Positions 17,703 to 29,113 of a stretch of 64,000 bases of DNA are shown in pieces. The first letter of the stretch is position 1, and the number at the start of each line of letters is the position of its first letter. Position numbers and translations under genes: made by a program. This stretch comes from Candidatus Cloacimonadales bacterium (GTDB lineage: Bacteria > Cloacimonadota > Cloacimonadia > Cloacimonadales > JAFGVF01), in contig OY759729.1 in the NCBI GenBank assembly GCA_963662585.1, positions 3,136,001 through 3,200,000 of the forward strand. Direction: 5' to 3'. The notes under the pieces were generated by a model. It saw only the letters and a program-made list of their open reading frames with translations, was not told the DNA's origin and did no database searches.

Positions 17703-18836
17703 ATGAAAATTACTATTTTGATAACAATGATATTACTATTTATATCACTACCTGCTTATCAGATAAATAATTATGAAACTTCCTTTTTTGACAGCTCACG
17801 AGATGAAAGAGAAATAAATACTAGGATATACTATCCTCTAGCTGAAAATAAGAATAATGACAGAGATGAAAGCTTCCCAAAACTTATCTTTGGTCATGGC
17901 TGGTTAATGTCTACAACGAATTATACTCAGTTAGCTGAATTCTATGCGAGTGCAGGATTTATTGTTGCTCTCCCTAATACTGAAAGTGGGTTGCTTCCAG
18001 ATCATAATGAATTTGCTTTAGATTTAATCTTTCTTGTAAATGCACTTGACTTAGAGAACAACAATGAAGATTCTCCTATTTATCAACAAGTAAATAATCA
18101 AGCCATAGTCTCAGGTCATTCTATGGGAGGTGGAACTTCTATTTTAGCTGCCTCACTAAGTAATGTGTTTGATGCAGTAGTGAATTTTGCTGCAGCTGAA
18201 ACTTCTCCTTCAGCTATAGACAGTGCTGGAAATATCCAAATTCCTACTCTGCTTTTTGCAGGTTCAAATGACAGTATTACTCCCTCAAATAGTAACCAGG
18301 AACCCATGTACCAAAATATTTCTGCTGATTATAAATGTATAGTTACCTTATCTGATGAGAATCATCTTGGGATTACTGATAATAATACAGCTTATGAACT
18401 TTCTTTACCTTTTATCAGATTTGCTTTAACAAATAATGATGAGAATAAAAATGAATTTGAAAATTTATTGTATACATATTCTACCAATAATCAAATTACT
18501 TATCTTCTTTATTTTAATCCTGTTTCAAACTTCTATAATACTGATGAAATAAATCAAGTAATTATTACAAACTCTCCCAATCCCTTTAATCCAAACACTT
18601 CAATCAGTTTCAAATTTGACAATCTGGAAGCTAAATCAAATATAGAGATTTATAATCTTAAAGGACAAAAAGTTAAAAGTATGACTATACCTGAACAGAA
18701 GAGTAATTTTTACGATTTAACATGGAATGCTACTGATCAAAATAATCAGGCTGTATCAAGTGGTATTTATCTTTATCGCTTAATCAGTAGTCAAGGTAAG
18801 GTCCTTGGGCAAGCAAAAATGATGCTAATAAAATAA
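17703..18836 (+). CDS. Secreted alpha/beta hydrolase (chlorophyllase/cutinase-like) with FlgD-Ig/T9SS-like CTD
   Basis: Signal peptide, FGHG, nucleophile elbow GHSMGGG, GSNDSIT (Asp), ENHLG (His), NSPNPFNPNTSI CTD; ATG 17703 after GAGG. Confidence 0.85.
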   Translation: MKITILITMILLFISLPAYQINNYETSFFDSSRDEREINTRIYYPLAENKNNDRDESFPKLIFGHGWLMSTTNYTQLAEFYASAGFIVALPNTESGLLPDHNEFALDLIFLVNALDLENNNEDSPIYQQVNNQAIVSGHSMGGGTSILAASLSNVFDAVVNFAAAETSPSAIDSAGNIQIPTLLFAGSNDSITPSNSNQEPMYQNISADYKCIVTLSDENHLGITDNNTAYELSLPFIRFALTNNDENKNEFENLLYTYSTNNQITYLLYFNPVSNFYNTDEINQVIITNSPNPFNPNTSISFKFDNLEAKSNIEIYNLKGQKVKSMTIPEQKSNFYDLTWNATDQNNQAVSSGIYLYRLISSQGKVLGQAKMMLIK

Positions 18837-18934
18837 TCTTTGCAGGAGTTTATCTATTTCACTTATTAGTAAATCAAGAATTCCTGTACAGTTTTAGGTA
18901 GTCTTTTATTGATTAGTGTGGAATTAGCTTCAAA

Positions 18935-19080
18935 ATCAACGAAATTCATATCGGCAACTAAATGCCTAATAATCTTCTATTTTTTTTTCTTCGATTATAT
19001 TTTCAAATAGTATAATAGTATCTTACATATTTTTTTCCCACCCTTTTTTTACCAGACTATTTTAAGGGCTTCTTGTGTCA
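18935..19080 (-). pseudogene. Degenerate duplicate of the mgtE 5' end
   Basis: Minus strand reads ATG TAA GAT ACT versus ATG CAA GAT ACC in mgtE; homopolymer indels; upstream sequence also retained. Confidence 0.82.
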
Positions 19081-19235
19081 GATTAAAGATTGCGGCACAA
19101 TCAGTGTTTAAGCCAATCAATTAGTTGTTTAATAATATAAAATCAAAAAAGATAATTTAATTCTTGACATAAAACTTTAATTATCGATTATTAAACCATG
19201 AGTATATTAAAAAGAATTTAGATAAAGGAGTAATA

Positions 19236-20606
19236 ATGAATTTACAAGAATTAATGCCCCTCCTCGATGGATATGGAGAATTAAGGTATCAAATTAACAG
19301 TAATTCTCAACTAGTGATGTCTAATGGAACACTTGTTCAGAATTCAAGCAGTGAAAACAAAGGATTCTCTGCTAGAATTTTAAAAGGATCTTCTTGGGGT
19401 TTTGCTTCAACTTCCCAACTAAATATTGAAAATATCAAAAGAACAATCAATCAAGCCCAAAATAATGCTAACTTTCTCAATGTTAAACAAGCAAGAGCAG
19501 ATTTATTACTGCCTTCAAGACCTATAAAGCTTGAAAGGGATTTATCTACAACAAAGAAGAAGTTATCTAGTAAAGAAAAGATCGAAATAATAACAGAATT
19601 GTCTGAATATGTTAAAAGTAAGTATAAAGATTTGGCTAATATCTCTTTAGTTATCAGAGACGATAAAGTTGAAAAGAATGTAATCACTGCAGATGGTTCT
19701 GTATTTAAGACTGTAATTCCTCGTGGCTTCATATTCTGTAATTTTATGATGCAAAATGGTGCAGGAATGATAACAGAAGGTTGCCAGCTTGGTGGTTTAG
19801 GTGAATTTGAAGACTATCATGATAAAATGGATGAATTCTATGAAAAAATAGAAGAAGCCTATGGTCATTTAATAAATAAGAAGTCTGCTGTATTTGCAGA
19901 AGCAGGAGTTCATGATGTAATTCTTGATTCTCATCTTGCTGGTATTTTAGCTCACGAAGCCATAGGACATACTACTGAAGCTGATATTGTGCGTGGTGGT
20001 TCCATTATGGAAGAGCTAATGGGTAAGCAAGTAGCTTCTGAAATAGTTAATTTAATAGATGTACCTCACACTTATAAGGGCCAACTTTGTCCTAGACCTG
20101 TCTTTGTTGATGATGAGGGTGTGGAGGCAGTAACAGCAAATATCATAGAAAATGGTATTCTTAAAAGTTTCATGCATAATAAAGGCTCAGCTCTCTCTTA
20201 TGGTGTAGCTCCTACTGGAAATGCTCGGGCAAGTCAGTATAGTGATGAACCAATTATTAGAATGAGAAATACTATGATAGTTCCAGGTAGAGAGAAATTA
20301 GAAGATATGATTAAAACTATTAAAGATGGTTATTATTTAATAAATCCTAATAATGGTGAAGCTGATAAAACTTCAGAATTTATGTTTGGTATTGTAAGAG
20401 GATATCAAATTAAAGATGGAAAGATAGCCAAAGCTATAAAAGAGACCACAATTTCAGGCATCGCAGTGACTTTACTAAAAACTATAACAGCAATCTCAGA
20501 TGATTTAACCTGGATAGGAAGTGGTACTTGTGGAAAGAAACAAGGCATAGCTGTCGGAATGGGTGGACCTGCTATCAAATGCAAAGTTAATATTGGAGGT
20601 AAGTAA
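19236..20606 (+). CDS. tldD: TldD family metalloprotease
   Basis: HEAIGH zinc motif, DDEG, TGNAR..PIIRMRNT, CGK...VGMGGP. Confidence 0.92.
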   Translation: MNLQELMPLLDGYGELRYQINSNSQLVMSNGTLVQNSSSENKGFSARILKGSSWGFASTSQLNIENIKRTINQAQNNANFLNVKQARADLLLPSRPIKLERDLSTTKKKLSSKEKIEIITELSEYVKSKYKDLANISLVIRDDKVEKNVITADGSVFKTVIPRGFIFCNFMMQNGAGMITEGCQLGGLGEFEDYHDKMDEFYEKIEEAYGHLINKKSAVFAEAGVHDVILDSHLAGILAHEAIGHTTEADIVRGGSIMEELMGKQVASEIVNLIDVPHTYKGQLCPRPVFVDDEGVEAVTANIIENGILKSFMHNKGSALSYGVAPTGNARASQYSDEPIIRMRNTMIVPGREKLEDMIKTIKDGYYLINPNNGEADKTSEFMFGIVRGYQIKDGKIAKAIKETTISGIAVTLLKTITAISDDLTWIGSGTCGKKQGIAVGMGGPAIKCKVNIGGK

Positions 20607-21895
20607 TGGATATTAAACAAATCGCTTCATTAAGTTTGAATAAATTAGTAGAACTCGGAGTAGATAAGGCATCAGTTAATGTCGTTAGAAATTTCAGTTC
20701 TGAATTGCAGAAGGAGTTTAATGGTATTGATCTTTTTCGTGATGTAGATGCCATTGAAGTTGAATATAGAATAATAAATGATGATAGAGAAGGAATTCAT
20801 TCTTTTGCTTACTCTTCAGAAGAAGATATTATCGTAAATGCAGAGAAAGTAGTTAAAATAGCTTCAGAATCTAATCAGGATAAGTCTTATGGAATGGCCG
20901 CAGATAGCAAGTACCAAAAGCATTTTGGGATTGATAATCCAGATTCTGATTCCATGTATAAATTGCTTTCTGAGTTTGATCTAGAAAAAAATCAAGAGTT
21001 CCCGCAAATTACAGATACTACTTCAGTAATATTTAATAGGGAAGAAGTGTGTTATCTTAACAACTTAGGCTCAGAAATAGAGTATAGCAACGGTTTCTAT
21101 CAAATTCTATCACTTTTTTCAGCTGCCCAAGACGGGAAACACTCTTCTATGAACTTTTGCATTGAACCGTGTACAGAACTTCCTGAATCTATCTTAGGAA
21201 TCAAGAACTTTCAAGAAAAGTACCGTGATGTTATCTGGCAAATGGAACAAGAAGAATTTAAAGATAAATTTGTTGGTGATGTAATTATTAATCCTCTAAC
21301 TGTTATCTCTCTCTTTAGTAATATTATGAATGAAATTCAAGGACTCTCTCTAATCGAGAAAACTTCTCTTTTTCAGGATAAACTAAATGAGAAGATTTTT
21401 GATGAGAAATTAACTATTAAGGCAAATCCTGACCATGAAGACTTAGCCAATAAAGATATTTTTAATAGAGAAGGTTATCTAAATAGGGAAGATTATATCA
21501 TTGAAAATGGAAAGTTAAAGAACTTTATTGTTTCTGAATATGTAGCTAATAGAAGTGACTTTGATAGGAATATTCTGCCAATTCAAAATATGGTAATAGA
21601 CCCAGGAGATGTTAAGTTCGAAGATATGATTAAGTCTGTAAAAAAGGGAATTTTAATTAATAGAGTTTCTTTTGGCAGACCTAATAAAAATAAAGATTTC
21701 TCAGGTATTATTAAGAACTCTTACTATATTGAAGATGGTAAGATAAAACATCCTGTCAATGAAGTAATGATAACAGCAAATATAATTGAAATGTTTAACA
21801 ATATTGATTCAATTTCAATTGAGAGAGATAAATCTTTATCTGCTGTAATGGTACCTTGGATGAAGATCTCTGGGGTTAATATCTCAGGGAAATAA
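20606..21895 (+). CDS. pmbA: PmbA/TldE family protein
   Basis: Follows tldD with overlap; lacks HExxH; DFSG, YYIEDGKIKHPVNEVMITANI. Confidence 0.85.
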   Translation: MDIKQIASLSLNKLVELGVDKASVNVVRNFSSELQKEFNGIDLFRDVDAIEVEYRIINDDREGIHSFAYSSEEDIIVNAEKVVKIASESNQDKSYGMAADSKYQKHFGIDNPDSDSMYKLLSEFDLEKNQEFPQITDTTSVIFNREEVCYLNNLGSEIEYSNGFYQILSLFSAAQDGKHSSMNFCIEPCTELPESILGIKNFQEKYRDVIWQMEQEEFKDKFVGDVIINPLTVISLFSNIMNEIQGLSLIEKTSLFQDKLNEKIFDEKLTIKANPDHEDLANKDIFNREGYLNREDYIIENGKLKNFIVSEYVANRSDFDRNILPIQNMVIDPGDVKFEDMIKSVKKGILINRVSFGRPNKNKDFSGIIKNSYYIEDGKIKHPVNEVMITANIIEMFNNIDSISIERDKSLSAVMVPWMKISGVNISGK

Positions 21896-21922
21896 CTAGA
21901 AGAGATAGAAAAATATAGTTAC

Positions 21923-21969
21923 AAAGAGATAGAGAGATTGAACAGTTTCTTTATCTCTTTTTTTATTTT
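21923..21969 (+). terminator. Intrinsic terminator after pmbA
   Basis: aaagagataga / tttatctcttt stem followed by a T-run. Confidence 0.6.
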
Positions 21970-22064
21970 GAGTTTTAACCATAAAATATCAATTGACACA
22001 GAGGAAGGATTTTTAATTTATATTATATAAGTAATAAAACAAGAAAATAAGCGAGTAAAAATTA

Positions 22065-22865
22065 ATGATAGATAATTTTCATCATAAAAAAAAATGGGGA
22101 CAGCACTTTCTAAAAGATAATAATATTGTTAGAAAAATTGTTGCTGAATCAGAAATAACTAAAGAAGATAAGGTCTGGGAAATTGGTCCTGGAAAAGGTA
22201 TATTAACCCAAGAAATTCTGGCTGTATCGCCAAACTTATCAGTGTTTGAAATTGATCCTGAAGTAATTGAAATTATTCAAGAGAAATTCGGAGATAAGAT
22301 TGAAGTATATCCAGGAGATGTGATAAAAGTTGATTGGAAGCCACTTCTTACTGAACCAATTAAGATTGTAGCTAATATTCCTTATCAGATAACTTCACCA
22401 CTTCTCTATAAAATATGCAGAAACAGTGATTATATTAAGAGCGTTACTCTTATGGTACAGAAGGAATTTGCAGATAGACTTAAAGCAAAACCTAATACTA
22501 AAGAATATGCTGCTTTAACTCTCAAGACTCAGTTTTTTTACAATGTTAAGCAACTATTTAAAGTCCCTGCTCATCTCTTTTTCCCACCTCCAAGAGTAGA
22601 TTCAGCTGTTATTCATCTTACTCTGCGTGAGGATATTCCTGATATTGAAAATTTAGAGTTATTTAATAAATTGGTTGATGTAGCTTTCTCAATGAGAAGG
22701 AAAACTTTAAGAAATAACTTGAAAGCTTTTATTGGTGCTGATAACCTTAAGAAATTAGAAGAAGCTAAACTAATAGATCTAACTAGACGAGGAGAAACTT
22801 TAAGTGAAGAAGAGTATCTTAATCTCTATTCTTACCTTAATGATATTCTTAACATTAAACTCTGA
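22065..22865 (+). CDS. rsmA: 16S rRNA (adenine1518/1519-N6)-dimethyltransferase
   Basis: KKWGQHFL, EIGPGKG, VANIPYQIT, MVQKE, FFPPPRVDSA, RRKTLRNNL. Confidence 0.96.
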   Translation: MIDNFHHKKKWGQHFLKDNNIVRKIVAESEITKEDKVWEIGPGKGILTQEILAVSPNLSVFEIDPEVIEIIQEKFGDKIEVYPGDVIKVDWKPLLTEPIKIVANIPYQITSPLLYKICRNSDYIKSVTLMVQKEFADRLKAKPNTKEYAALTLKTQFFYNVKQLFKVPAHLFFPPPRVDSAVIHLTLREDIPDIENLELFNKLVDVAFSMRRKTLRNNLKAFIGADNLKKLEEAKLIDLTRRGETLSEEEYLNLYSYLNDILNIKL

Positions 22866-24600
22866 AGCTTACTTCAATTCTGATTATCATGAATATAATA
22901 ATAATCATCAATTGAATTACCAGTTCAAATATAATAAGAATTTCACTAAGTTTAATATAAACTTCATTAATAAGCTTCAAAAGTCTAATAATAAGATTTT
23001 TGACCAAGTTACTTCTTTAAATGACTTCAATACCAGAATTAGTACTAGCTTAAATAGAGTTAATCATGGTATCTTATTAACCTATAAAAAGAAATATGAT
23101 CATTATCCGCAATATCAGTTAGAAGGTGATATTACTGCTAATCAATATTATACTGGATATTTCCTAGATCTTTCTTTAACCGATAGTCTCTCCACTTCAG
23201 CTCAGATAGAATATGCTATAATTGAAGAAGACAATCCTAATATTAGTAATAAAGATTTTAAGAATGAAGGATATATTGCCAATATTAATACTAATTATGG
23301 CTTTAGAGCTTTAGAAAGTAATTTCAGTTTAAATCTTAAGTATGACAATGATAACCGCAGTAGAAATTACAAGAATCAAATGAATGCTGTGCTTAATCAT
23401 AATTTAGACAATGAATATATCTATTTTAATAATCAGCTTCTATATCAAATAGCACAAGATGATATCTTTAAATTGGAAGGTGATGAGTATAAACAGACAG
23501 ATACCCAAAATAGAGATAATTTCCAAATTATTAGTCAGATTGCCAATAATTATGGCGAAAGATTCTCGGGTATGCTGGAAAGTATCTTTAAGAAGAATAA
23601 CAATCGACTTAATAATTCCCTTAACAAGACTAGTAAAGATGAAAGCTTAGATTTATTAGCCAATATGGATTATCAACTTTTCGAGAAGATAGGTGTATTT
23701 ACAGAGAGTGCTTATAGTTATTCTAACAAGAGCTTTTCTGAAGAGTCTAACAATAGGGAGAGTGATACCAAGAAGATAAAATTAGGAATAAACTTTAGTA
23801 ATACTTTTCTTGATTCCTTATCTGTTAGTCAATCTATTGAAAAGGTTAGTACTAATTTCCCTAAGGCTGAACGAGGGTTTGATAATGACTATGTTACTGA
23901 AATTACTAGAGTAGATTTTCGCAAGTTATTCTCTGAAATAGTTAATTTTGATAATCATATCATCTATAGTAAGATTCAGGAAATATATATTAATAGCAGA
24001 TATTCAGCAAGTAATAATATCAAGACAAGCTACAGTTATTACCCTAATATAGATATTTTGTTAGGAGATAATTTGCTTATTTCTCAATTATATACCATCA
24101 GAATTGATTATGATGATTATCTTTTTGATAGCCTTACTAATAATGATGCAAGTTACACCCTTTATGATAGATTCTATCGTCAAGTATCTGCAGAATATAA
24201 AATTAGATATGATAATTCCCCAGTAAGAAACCAACTGAATGCTTCTATCTGGAAGAAACCTAATAATCTTATTTCTCTGAGAAATAATATTAACACAAGC
24301 CTTGGATATAAGTATTTTGCTAATGAAACAGGTGATAAAAAGAGTAATATCTATGATATAACTGGAGAAAATAAGAAACACGAACTTTATCTCTTTGCCG
24401 AAAAGAATTTTGGTTCAATAAACTTATCAACTCGTCCCAAAGCAGGTTGGGGTAATGCAGAAACTTATGAAGTAGAATCAGCTTTTACCTATAATAAATC
24501 AGAAGAAACTAATCTGAAAATTAGCTTCAAGCCCAAATATGAAGTAGATAACAAAGAGTTCGTTTATACCATTGATACGATGATCAGTGTTAGGTTTTAA
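22804..24600 (+). CDS. Hypothetical exported protein, probable outer-membrane beta-barrel
   Basis: Signal peptide; amphipathic Y/N/S-rich strands; terminal ...ISVRF. Confidence 0.6.
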   Translation: MKKSILISILTLMIFLTLNSEAYFNSDYHEYNNNHQLNYQFKYNKNFTKFNINFINKLQKSNNKIFDQVTSLNDFNTRISTSLNRVNHGILLTYKKKYDHYPQYQLEGDITANQYYTGYFLDLSLTDSLSTSAQIEYAIIEEDNPNISNKDFKNEGYIANINTNYGFRALESNFSLNLKYDNDNRSRNYKNQMNAVLNHNLDNEYIYFNNQLLYQIAQDDIFKLEGDEYKQTDTQNRDNFQIISQIANNYGERFSGMLESIFKKNNNRLNNSLNKTSKDESLDLLANMDYQLFEKIGVFTESAYSYSNKSFSEESNNRESDTKKIKLGINFSNTFLDSLSVSQSIEKVSTNFPKAERGFDNDYVTEITRVDFRKLFSEIVNFDNHIIYSKIQEIYINSRYSASNNIKTSYSYYPNIDILLGDNLLISQLYTIRIDYDDYLFDSLTNNDASYTLYDRFYRQVSAEYKIRYDNSPVRNQLNASIWKKPNNLISLRNNINTSLGYKYFANETGDKKSNIYDITGENKKHELYLFAEKNFGSINLSTRPKAGWGNAETYEVESAFTYNKSEETNLKISFKPKYEVDNKEFVYTIDTMISVRF

Positions 24601-24720
24601 TCTGGAAATATAACTTTTTACTAAATAAATTTAATTAATTATTAATTATTAATAATTATAAAAAATAAGCTTGACTTAATTTTGTGTATCTGAAACATTG
24701 ATCAAATTCGAGGTGAGACA

Positions 24721-27546
24721 ATGAAAGATAAAATTATTATTAAAGGTGCTTGTGAGCACAACTTAAAGTGTATAGATTTAGAGATAAAAAGAGACCAGTT
24801 AGTTGTTGTAACAGGGGTTTCAGGTTCAGGAAAATCATCTTTAGCTTTTGATACTCTCTATGCTGAAGGACAAAGAAGATATGTAGAATCATTATCTTCT
24901 TATGCAAGACAATTCTTAGGTCAGATGGAAAAACCAAAATTAGACTATATTGAAGGCTTAAGTCCAGCCATTTCAATCGAACAAAAGTCTGCCAGTAAAA
25001 ATCCCCGCTCAACAGTAGGCACAGTTACAGAAATTTATGATTATCTTAGAGTTCTTTATGCCAGAATTGGCAAGCAACACTGTCCTCAATGTGGCGATTT
25101 AGTAAGCTCTCTTACCATTGACCAAATTGTCGATCACATTATGGCAAATCCTGAACAGACAAAACTACAGATCTTAGCTCCTCTTGTTCATAATCGAAAA
25201 GGTAGTCACTCTTCCGAATTGGAAATGATCAAATCAGAAGGATTTACCAGAGTAAAGATTAATGGTGTTGTTCGTGAATTAGAAGAAGAGATAGTTCTTG
25301 ATAAAAAGAGTAAGCATACTATAGATGTTGTTGTTGATAGAATAGTTATCAAAGAAGAAGCTCGTAGTAGAATCACTGATTCTGTGGAGACGGCTCTGAA
25401 ACTATCTGAAGGAAAAGTAAAGATAGATTATGTAACTGAAGAGAGAGAAGAGATTCTTTCTGAATCAAATGCTTGTGCTCGTTGTGGAATAGGTTTTGAA
25501 GAGTTATCACCTCAAAGTTTCTCTTTTAATAGTCCAATTGGGGCTTGTCCTACTTGTAAAGGACTTGGTTATACTCTTGAAATAGACCCCGAATTAATAG
25601 TTACTAATCCTGAATTATCAATTTATCATGGCGCTATTGCCCCTTATGGCGATTTGTCCAAAAGTAAATCTCATACTAAAAATACAATTGTACAATTAGC
25701 TAAAGAATTTGAATTTAATCTCAAAACACCCTGGAAAGACTTACCTAAAAAGGTTCAAGATTTGGTTCTTTATGGTTCTAAGGGAAAGAAATTTAAGATT
25801 GAGTGGAAAACTAAAAGTTCTTCAGGTGAATATGAAACATCTTTTGAAGGAATCATTAAAGTCTTAGAAAGAAGAATGAGAGAGACAACTTCCGAAGCAG
25901 CTAAAAGATATTATTCACAATATATTAGCAATAAACCCTGCCCAACTTGTGGTGGATATAAACTCAAACCTGCTAGCTTATCTGTCTTAGTTGAAGAATT
26001 GAAGATTGTCGAAGTTACCGAAATGAGTGTTGAAGATGCATATAAATTCTTTGAAAACTTAAAGTTAACAGGAAATGATAAAATTATTGCTGAAGAAGTC
26101 TTAAAAGAGATTATCAATAGATTAAGTTTTTTAATGAGTGTAGGACTCCATTATCTGACTCTAGACAGAAGAGCTCCAACCCTCTCAGGTGGTGAATCAC
26201 AGAGAATTAGACTAGCAAGTCAGATTGGCTCGCAGCTAGTTGGAGTTATGTATATTCTTGATGAACCAAGCATTGGTCTGCATCAAAGAGATAATGATAG
26301 ACTTATTGAGATGCTTAAACACTTGCGGGATTTAGGAAACACAGTCATAGTTGTTGAACATGATGAAGATACCATTAGAGAAGCCGATGAGATTATTGAC
26401 TTTGGTCCCAAAGCTGGTGTTTATGGGGGTGAAGTTGTTGCTCAAGGTAGTCTTGAAGATATCTTAAAATCTCCTAATTCTCTCACTGCTAAATATTTAC
26501 GCGGAGAACTCAAGATAGAAGTCCCTAGTAAGAGATTAAAAATAGATAAACAAGTTATCCAAATAAAGAATGCATCTCATAATAATCTAAAAAATATTGA
26601 TGTTGATATTCCCTTAGGAATGTTGGTTTGTGTTACTGGAGTTTCTGGTTCTGGAAAATCTTCCTTAATTAATCAAACTCTCTCTCCTTATCTTCATAAC
26701 CACTTTTTTAAGTCCAAAACTCCTTGGGGAAAAGTGGAGTCAATAACTGGATTAGACAATATTGATAAAATTATTACTATTGACCAACAACCTATAGGAA
26801 GAACCCCTCGCTCAAATCCAATTACCTATATTAAGGGTTTTGACGCTATAAGAAAATTATATTCCGAACTTCCTACTTCTAAACTCCGAGGCTATAGTCA
26901 GGGTAGATTCTCTTTTAATGTTAAAGGGGGAAGGTGTGAAAATTGTGGTGGAGCTGGCGTTAACTTAATAGAAATGCACTTTATGGCAGATATTTATGTT
27001 ACTTGCGAAGTCTGTAAAGGTAAAAGATTCAATAGTGAAACCTTACAGATTAAATATAAAGGGAAAAACATTTCTCAAGTATTGGATATGGATGTTCAAG
27101 AAGCCTATGAATTCTTTGAAAAGGTTCCTTCTATTGCTAATAAATTAAAGACACTTTTAGATGTTGGAATGGATTATATCAAACTAGGACAGCCCTCAAC
27201 TACTCTTTCTGGTGGAGAAGCCCAGAGAATTAAACTTGCCAAAGAACTCAGTAAACGATCAACAGGCAAGACTCTTTATCTCTTAGATGAACCTACTACA
27301 GGATTGCACTTTGATGATGTTCAAAAACTCTTAAAAGTGCTCAAAAAACTTGTTGCTATGGGTAATTCAGTTGTTATTATAGAACACAATATGGATGTTA
27401 TTAAAACAGCAGACTTTGTTATTGATGTTGGACCAGAAGGTGGAGAAAATGGAGGTAAAATTATTGCCATGGGAACTCCTGAAGAAGTTGCAGAAGTAGC
27501 TGAATCTTATACTGGTAAATACTTAAAACCTTATTTAAATAAATAG
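24721..27546 (+). CDS. uvrA: Excinuclease ABC subunit A
   Basis: Two GVSGSGKSS Walker A motifs, zinc fingers, [27 protein letters not shown]. Confidence 0.98.
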   Translation: MKDKIIIKGACEHNLKCIDLEIKRDQLVVVTGVSGSGKSSLAFDTLYAEGQRRYVESLSSYARQFLGQMEKPKLDYIEGLSPAISIEQKSASKNPRSTVGTVTEIYDYLRVLYARIGKQHCPQCGDLVSSLTIDQIVDHIMANPEQTKLQILAPLVHNRKGSHSSELEMIKSEGFTRVKINGVVRELEEEIVLDKKSKHTIDVVVDRIVIKEEARSRITDSVETALKLSEGKVKIDYVTEEREEILSESNACARCGIGFEELSPQSFSFNSPIGACPTCKGLGYTLEIDPELIVTNPELSIYHGAIAPYGDLSKSKSHTKNTIVQLAKEFEFNLKTPWKDLPKKVQDLVLYGSKGKKFKIEWKTKSSSGEYETSFEGIIKVLERRMRETTSEAAKRYYSQYISNKPCPTCGGYKLKPASLSVLVEELKIVEVTEMSVEDAYKFFENLKLTGNDKIIAEEVLKEIINRLSFLMSVGLHYLTLDRRAPTLSGGESQRIRLASQIGSQLVGVMYILDEPSIGLHQRDNDRLIEMLKHLRDLGNTVIVVEHDEDTIREADEIIDFGPKAGVYGGEVVAQGSLEDILKSPNSLTAKYLRGELKIEVPSKRLKIDKQVIQIKNASHNNLKNIDVDIPLGMLVCVTGVSGSGKSSLINQTLSPYLHNHFFKSKTPWGKVESITGLDNIDKIITIDQQPIGRTPRSNPITYIKGFDAIRKLYSELPTSKLRGYSQGRFSFNVKGGRCENCGGAGVNLIEMHFMADIYVTCEVCKGKRFNSETLQIKYKGKNISQVLDMDVQEAYEFFEKVPSIANKLKTLLDVGMDYIKLGQPSTTLSGGEAQRIKLAKELSKRSTGKTLYLLDEPTTGLHFDDVQKLLKVLKKLVAMGNSVVIIEHNMDVIKTADFVIDVGPEGGENGGKIIAMGTPEEVAEVAESYTGKYLKPYLNK

Positions 27547-27597
27547 AAGGCAGGGATTTGCAGCTTTCTCTTTAACTTCACACCCCTTGCATTTTCC

Positions 27598-27661
27598 CTG
27601 CTCTTTCTCACTCTTCACAAATGATTATTGAAATTTGTTTGAGTTCAGTGAGAAAGAGCAG
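27598..27661. repeat. Long hairpin element between convergent uvrA and MATE genes
   Basis: Perfect 15-bp arms ctgctctttctcact / agtgagaaagagcag with an inner acaaat/atttgt stem. Confidence 0.75.
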
Positions 27662-27754
27662 ATAAAGATAATATAGCCAGGAAGGAATAAAGAATTGGCA
27701 GAGCTCTTATGTAGATTATTCGCAGTCCCTCTTACTCCTAATAATATTTAGCTT

Positions 27755-29113
27755 TTAACTATTAACTTGTATTTTTGTATCTTTCCATTTCTTAAATTCC
27801 CTTATCAGAAAAAATAAAGTTACTCCGAAAGCAAGGAAATCAGACATAGGGAAGGTAACAAGAACTCCGAAGAAATCATAGAAATGGCTCATAAAATAAA
27901 ATATAGGAATAAAGAATAATATTTGTCTTGAGAGAGATAAAATAAGTGCTTCTGTAGCATGGCCGAGAGCTTGGAATATCGTTGAACCTATTATTTGGAA
28001 GCCTAAAATAGGGAAGAGAATGGTCATTCTTCGAATAGCATAGACACCAACTTCAATAACATGAGCATCTGAAGTGAACCAACTCATCAGGAATGAAGGG
28101 AAGATTTGAATTATTAGGAAAGCAATAATTGAAATAGAACTAGCCCAAGTAAAGGCTAACCGAATAGCTTTTTTAGCCAGATCTAAACGATGAGCTCCAT
28201 AATTATATCCCAGAACAGGCTGTAATCCTTGTCCGATACCAAACATAGGCATGAAGAAGAGGGAGAATAATCTGTTAATGATGCCATAAACTGCTATATA
28301 AACTCCTGTTGGATCAAAATAACCGAGCTTATTATTAATAATTACTACAATAAAACTTCCAGCTACTTGACGAGAGAAAGCTGCTAATCCAACTGCAAAC
28401 ATCTCTTTCTGAATTTTAAAGTTTGGTCTTATATAATGTAGCTTGATTCTAAAGTAACTTTTTCCCTTAGTGAAGTGATAAATGAGATAGAATACTACTA
28501 AGCCTTGAGCTATAATAGTTGCCAAAGCTGCACCCTGAATTCCCATTTTGAAAGCAAAGATAAAAATAGGGTCTAAGATTATATTTAAGACAGCCGAGAT
28601 AATCATATTCGACATAGCAATTTTGGCATGTCCTTCAGCTCGTAAGACATTATTACTCATCATGGCAAACATAAATAGGCCTGCTCCAAAAACAATAATC
28701 CTATAATAGCTTAAGGAATAAGGTAAAATTGCTTCAGTAGCCCCAAAAAGAGTAAGAATCTCCCTAGGAAAAAGAAGTCCAGGAATCATCACAAGTATTG
28801 TGAAGAGAATCACCGAAAATATTTGATTTCCGAAAGTACGGTTAGCTTTTTCAAAATCTTTGGCACCGAAAGCTCGGGAAATAATTGAGGCTCCACCCAT
28901 TCCAAACATTTGCCCGAATCCCATAACAATAAGTTGAATAGGGAAGACAATAGACAATCCTGCAATGCCATTTGGTCCGACCCCATGACCGATAAACATT
29001 GTGTCTACAATATTGTAGAGTGCCATTACTAACATTCCTATAGTTGCAGGAAATGTTAATTTTAATAACAATCGTGAGATGTTTTTATCTGCTAGTTTGT
29101 GTTCTTTTTCCAC
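27755..29113 (-). CDS. MATE family efflux transporter (MepA-like)
   Basis: LYNIVDTMFIG, LNIILDPIFIF..GIQGAALAT, GQGLQPVLGYNYGA; ~12 TM helices. Confidence 0.93.
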   Translation of the reverse strand: MEKEHKLADKNISRLLLKLTFPATIGMLVMALYNIVDTMFIGHGVGPNGIAGLSIVFPIQLIVMGFGQMFGMGGASIISRAFGAKDFEKANRTFGNQIFSVILFTILVMIPGLLFPREILTLFGATEAILPYSLSYYRIIVFGAGLFMFAMMSNNVLRAEGHAKIAMSNMIISAVLNIILDPIFIFAFKMGIQGAALATIIAQGLVVFYLIYHFTKGKSYFRIKLHYIRPNFKIQKEMFAVGLAAFSRQVAGSFIVVIINNKLGYFDPTGVYIAVYGIINRLFSLFFMPMFGIGQGLQPVLGYNYGAHRLDLAKKAIRLAFTWASSISIIAFLIIQIFPSFLMSWFTSDAHVIEVGVYAIRRMTILFPILGFQIIGSTIFQALGHATEALILSLSRQILFFIPIFYFMSHFYDFFGVLVTFPMSDFLAFGVTLFFLIREFKKWKDTKIQVNS

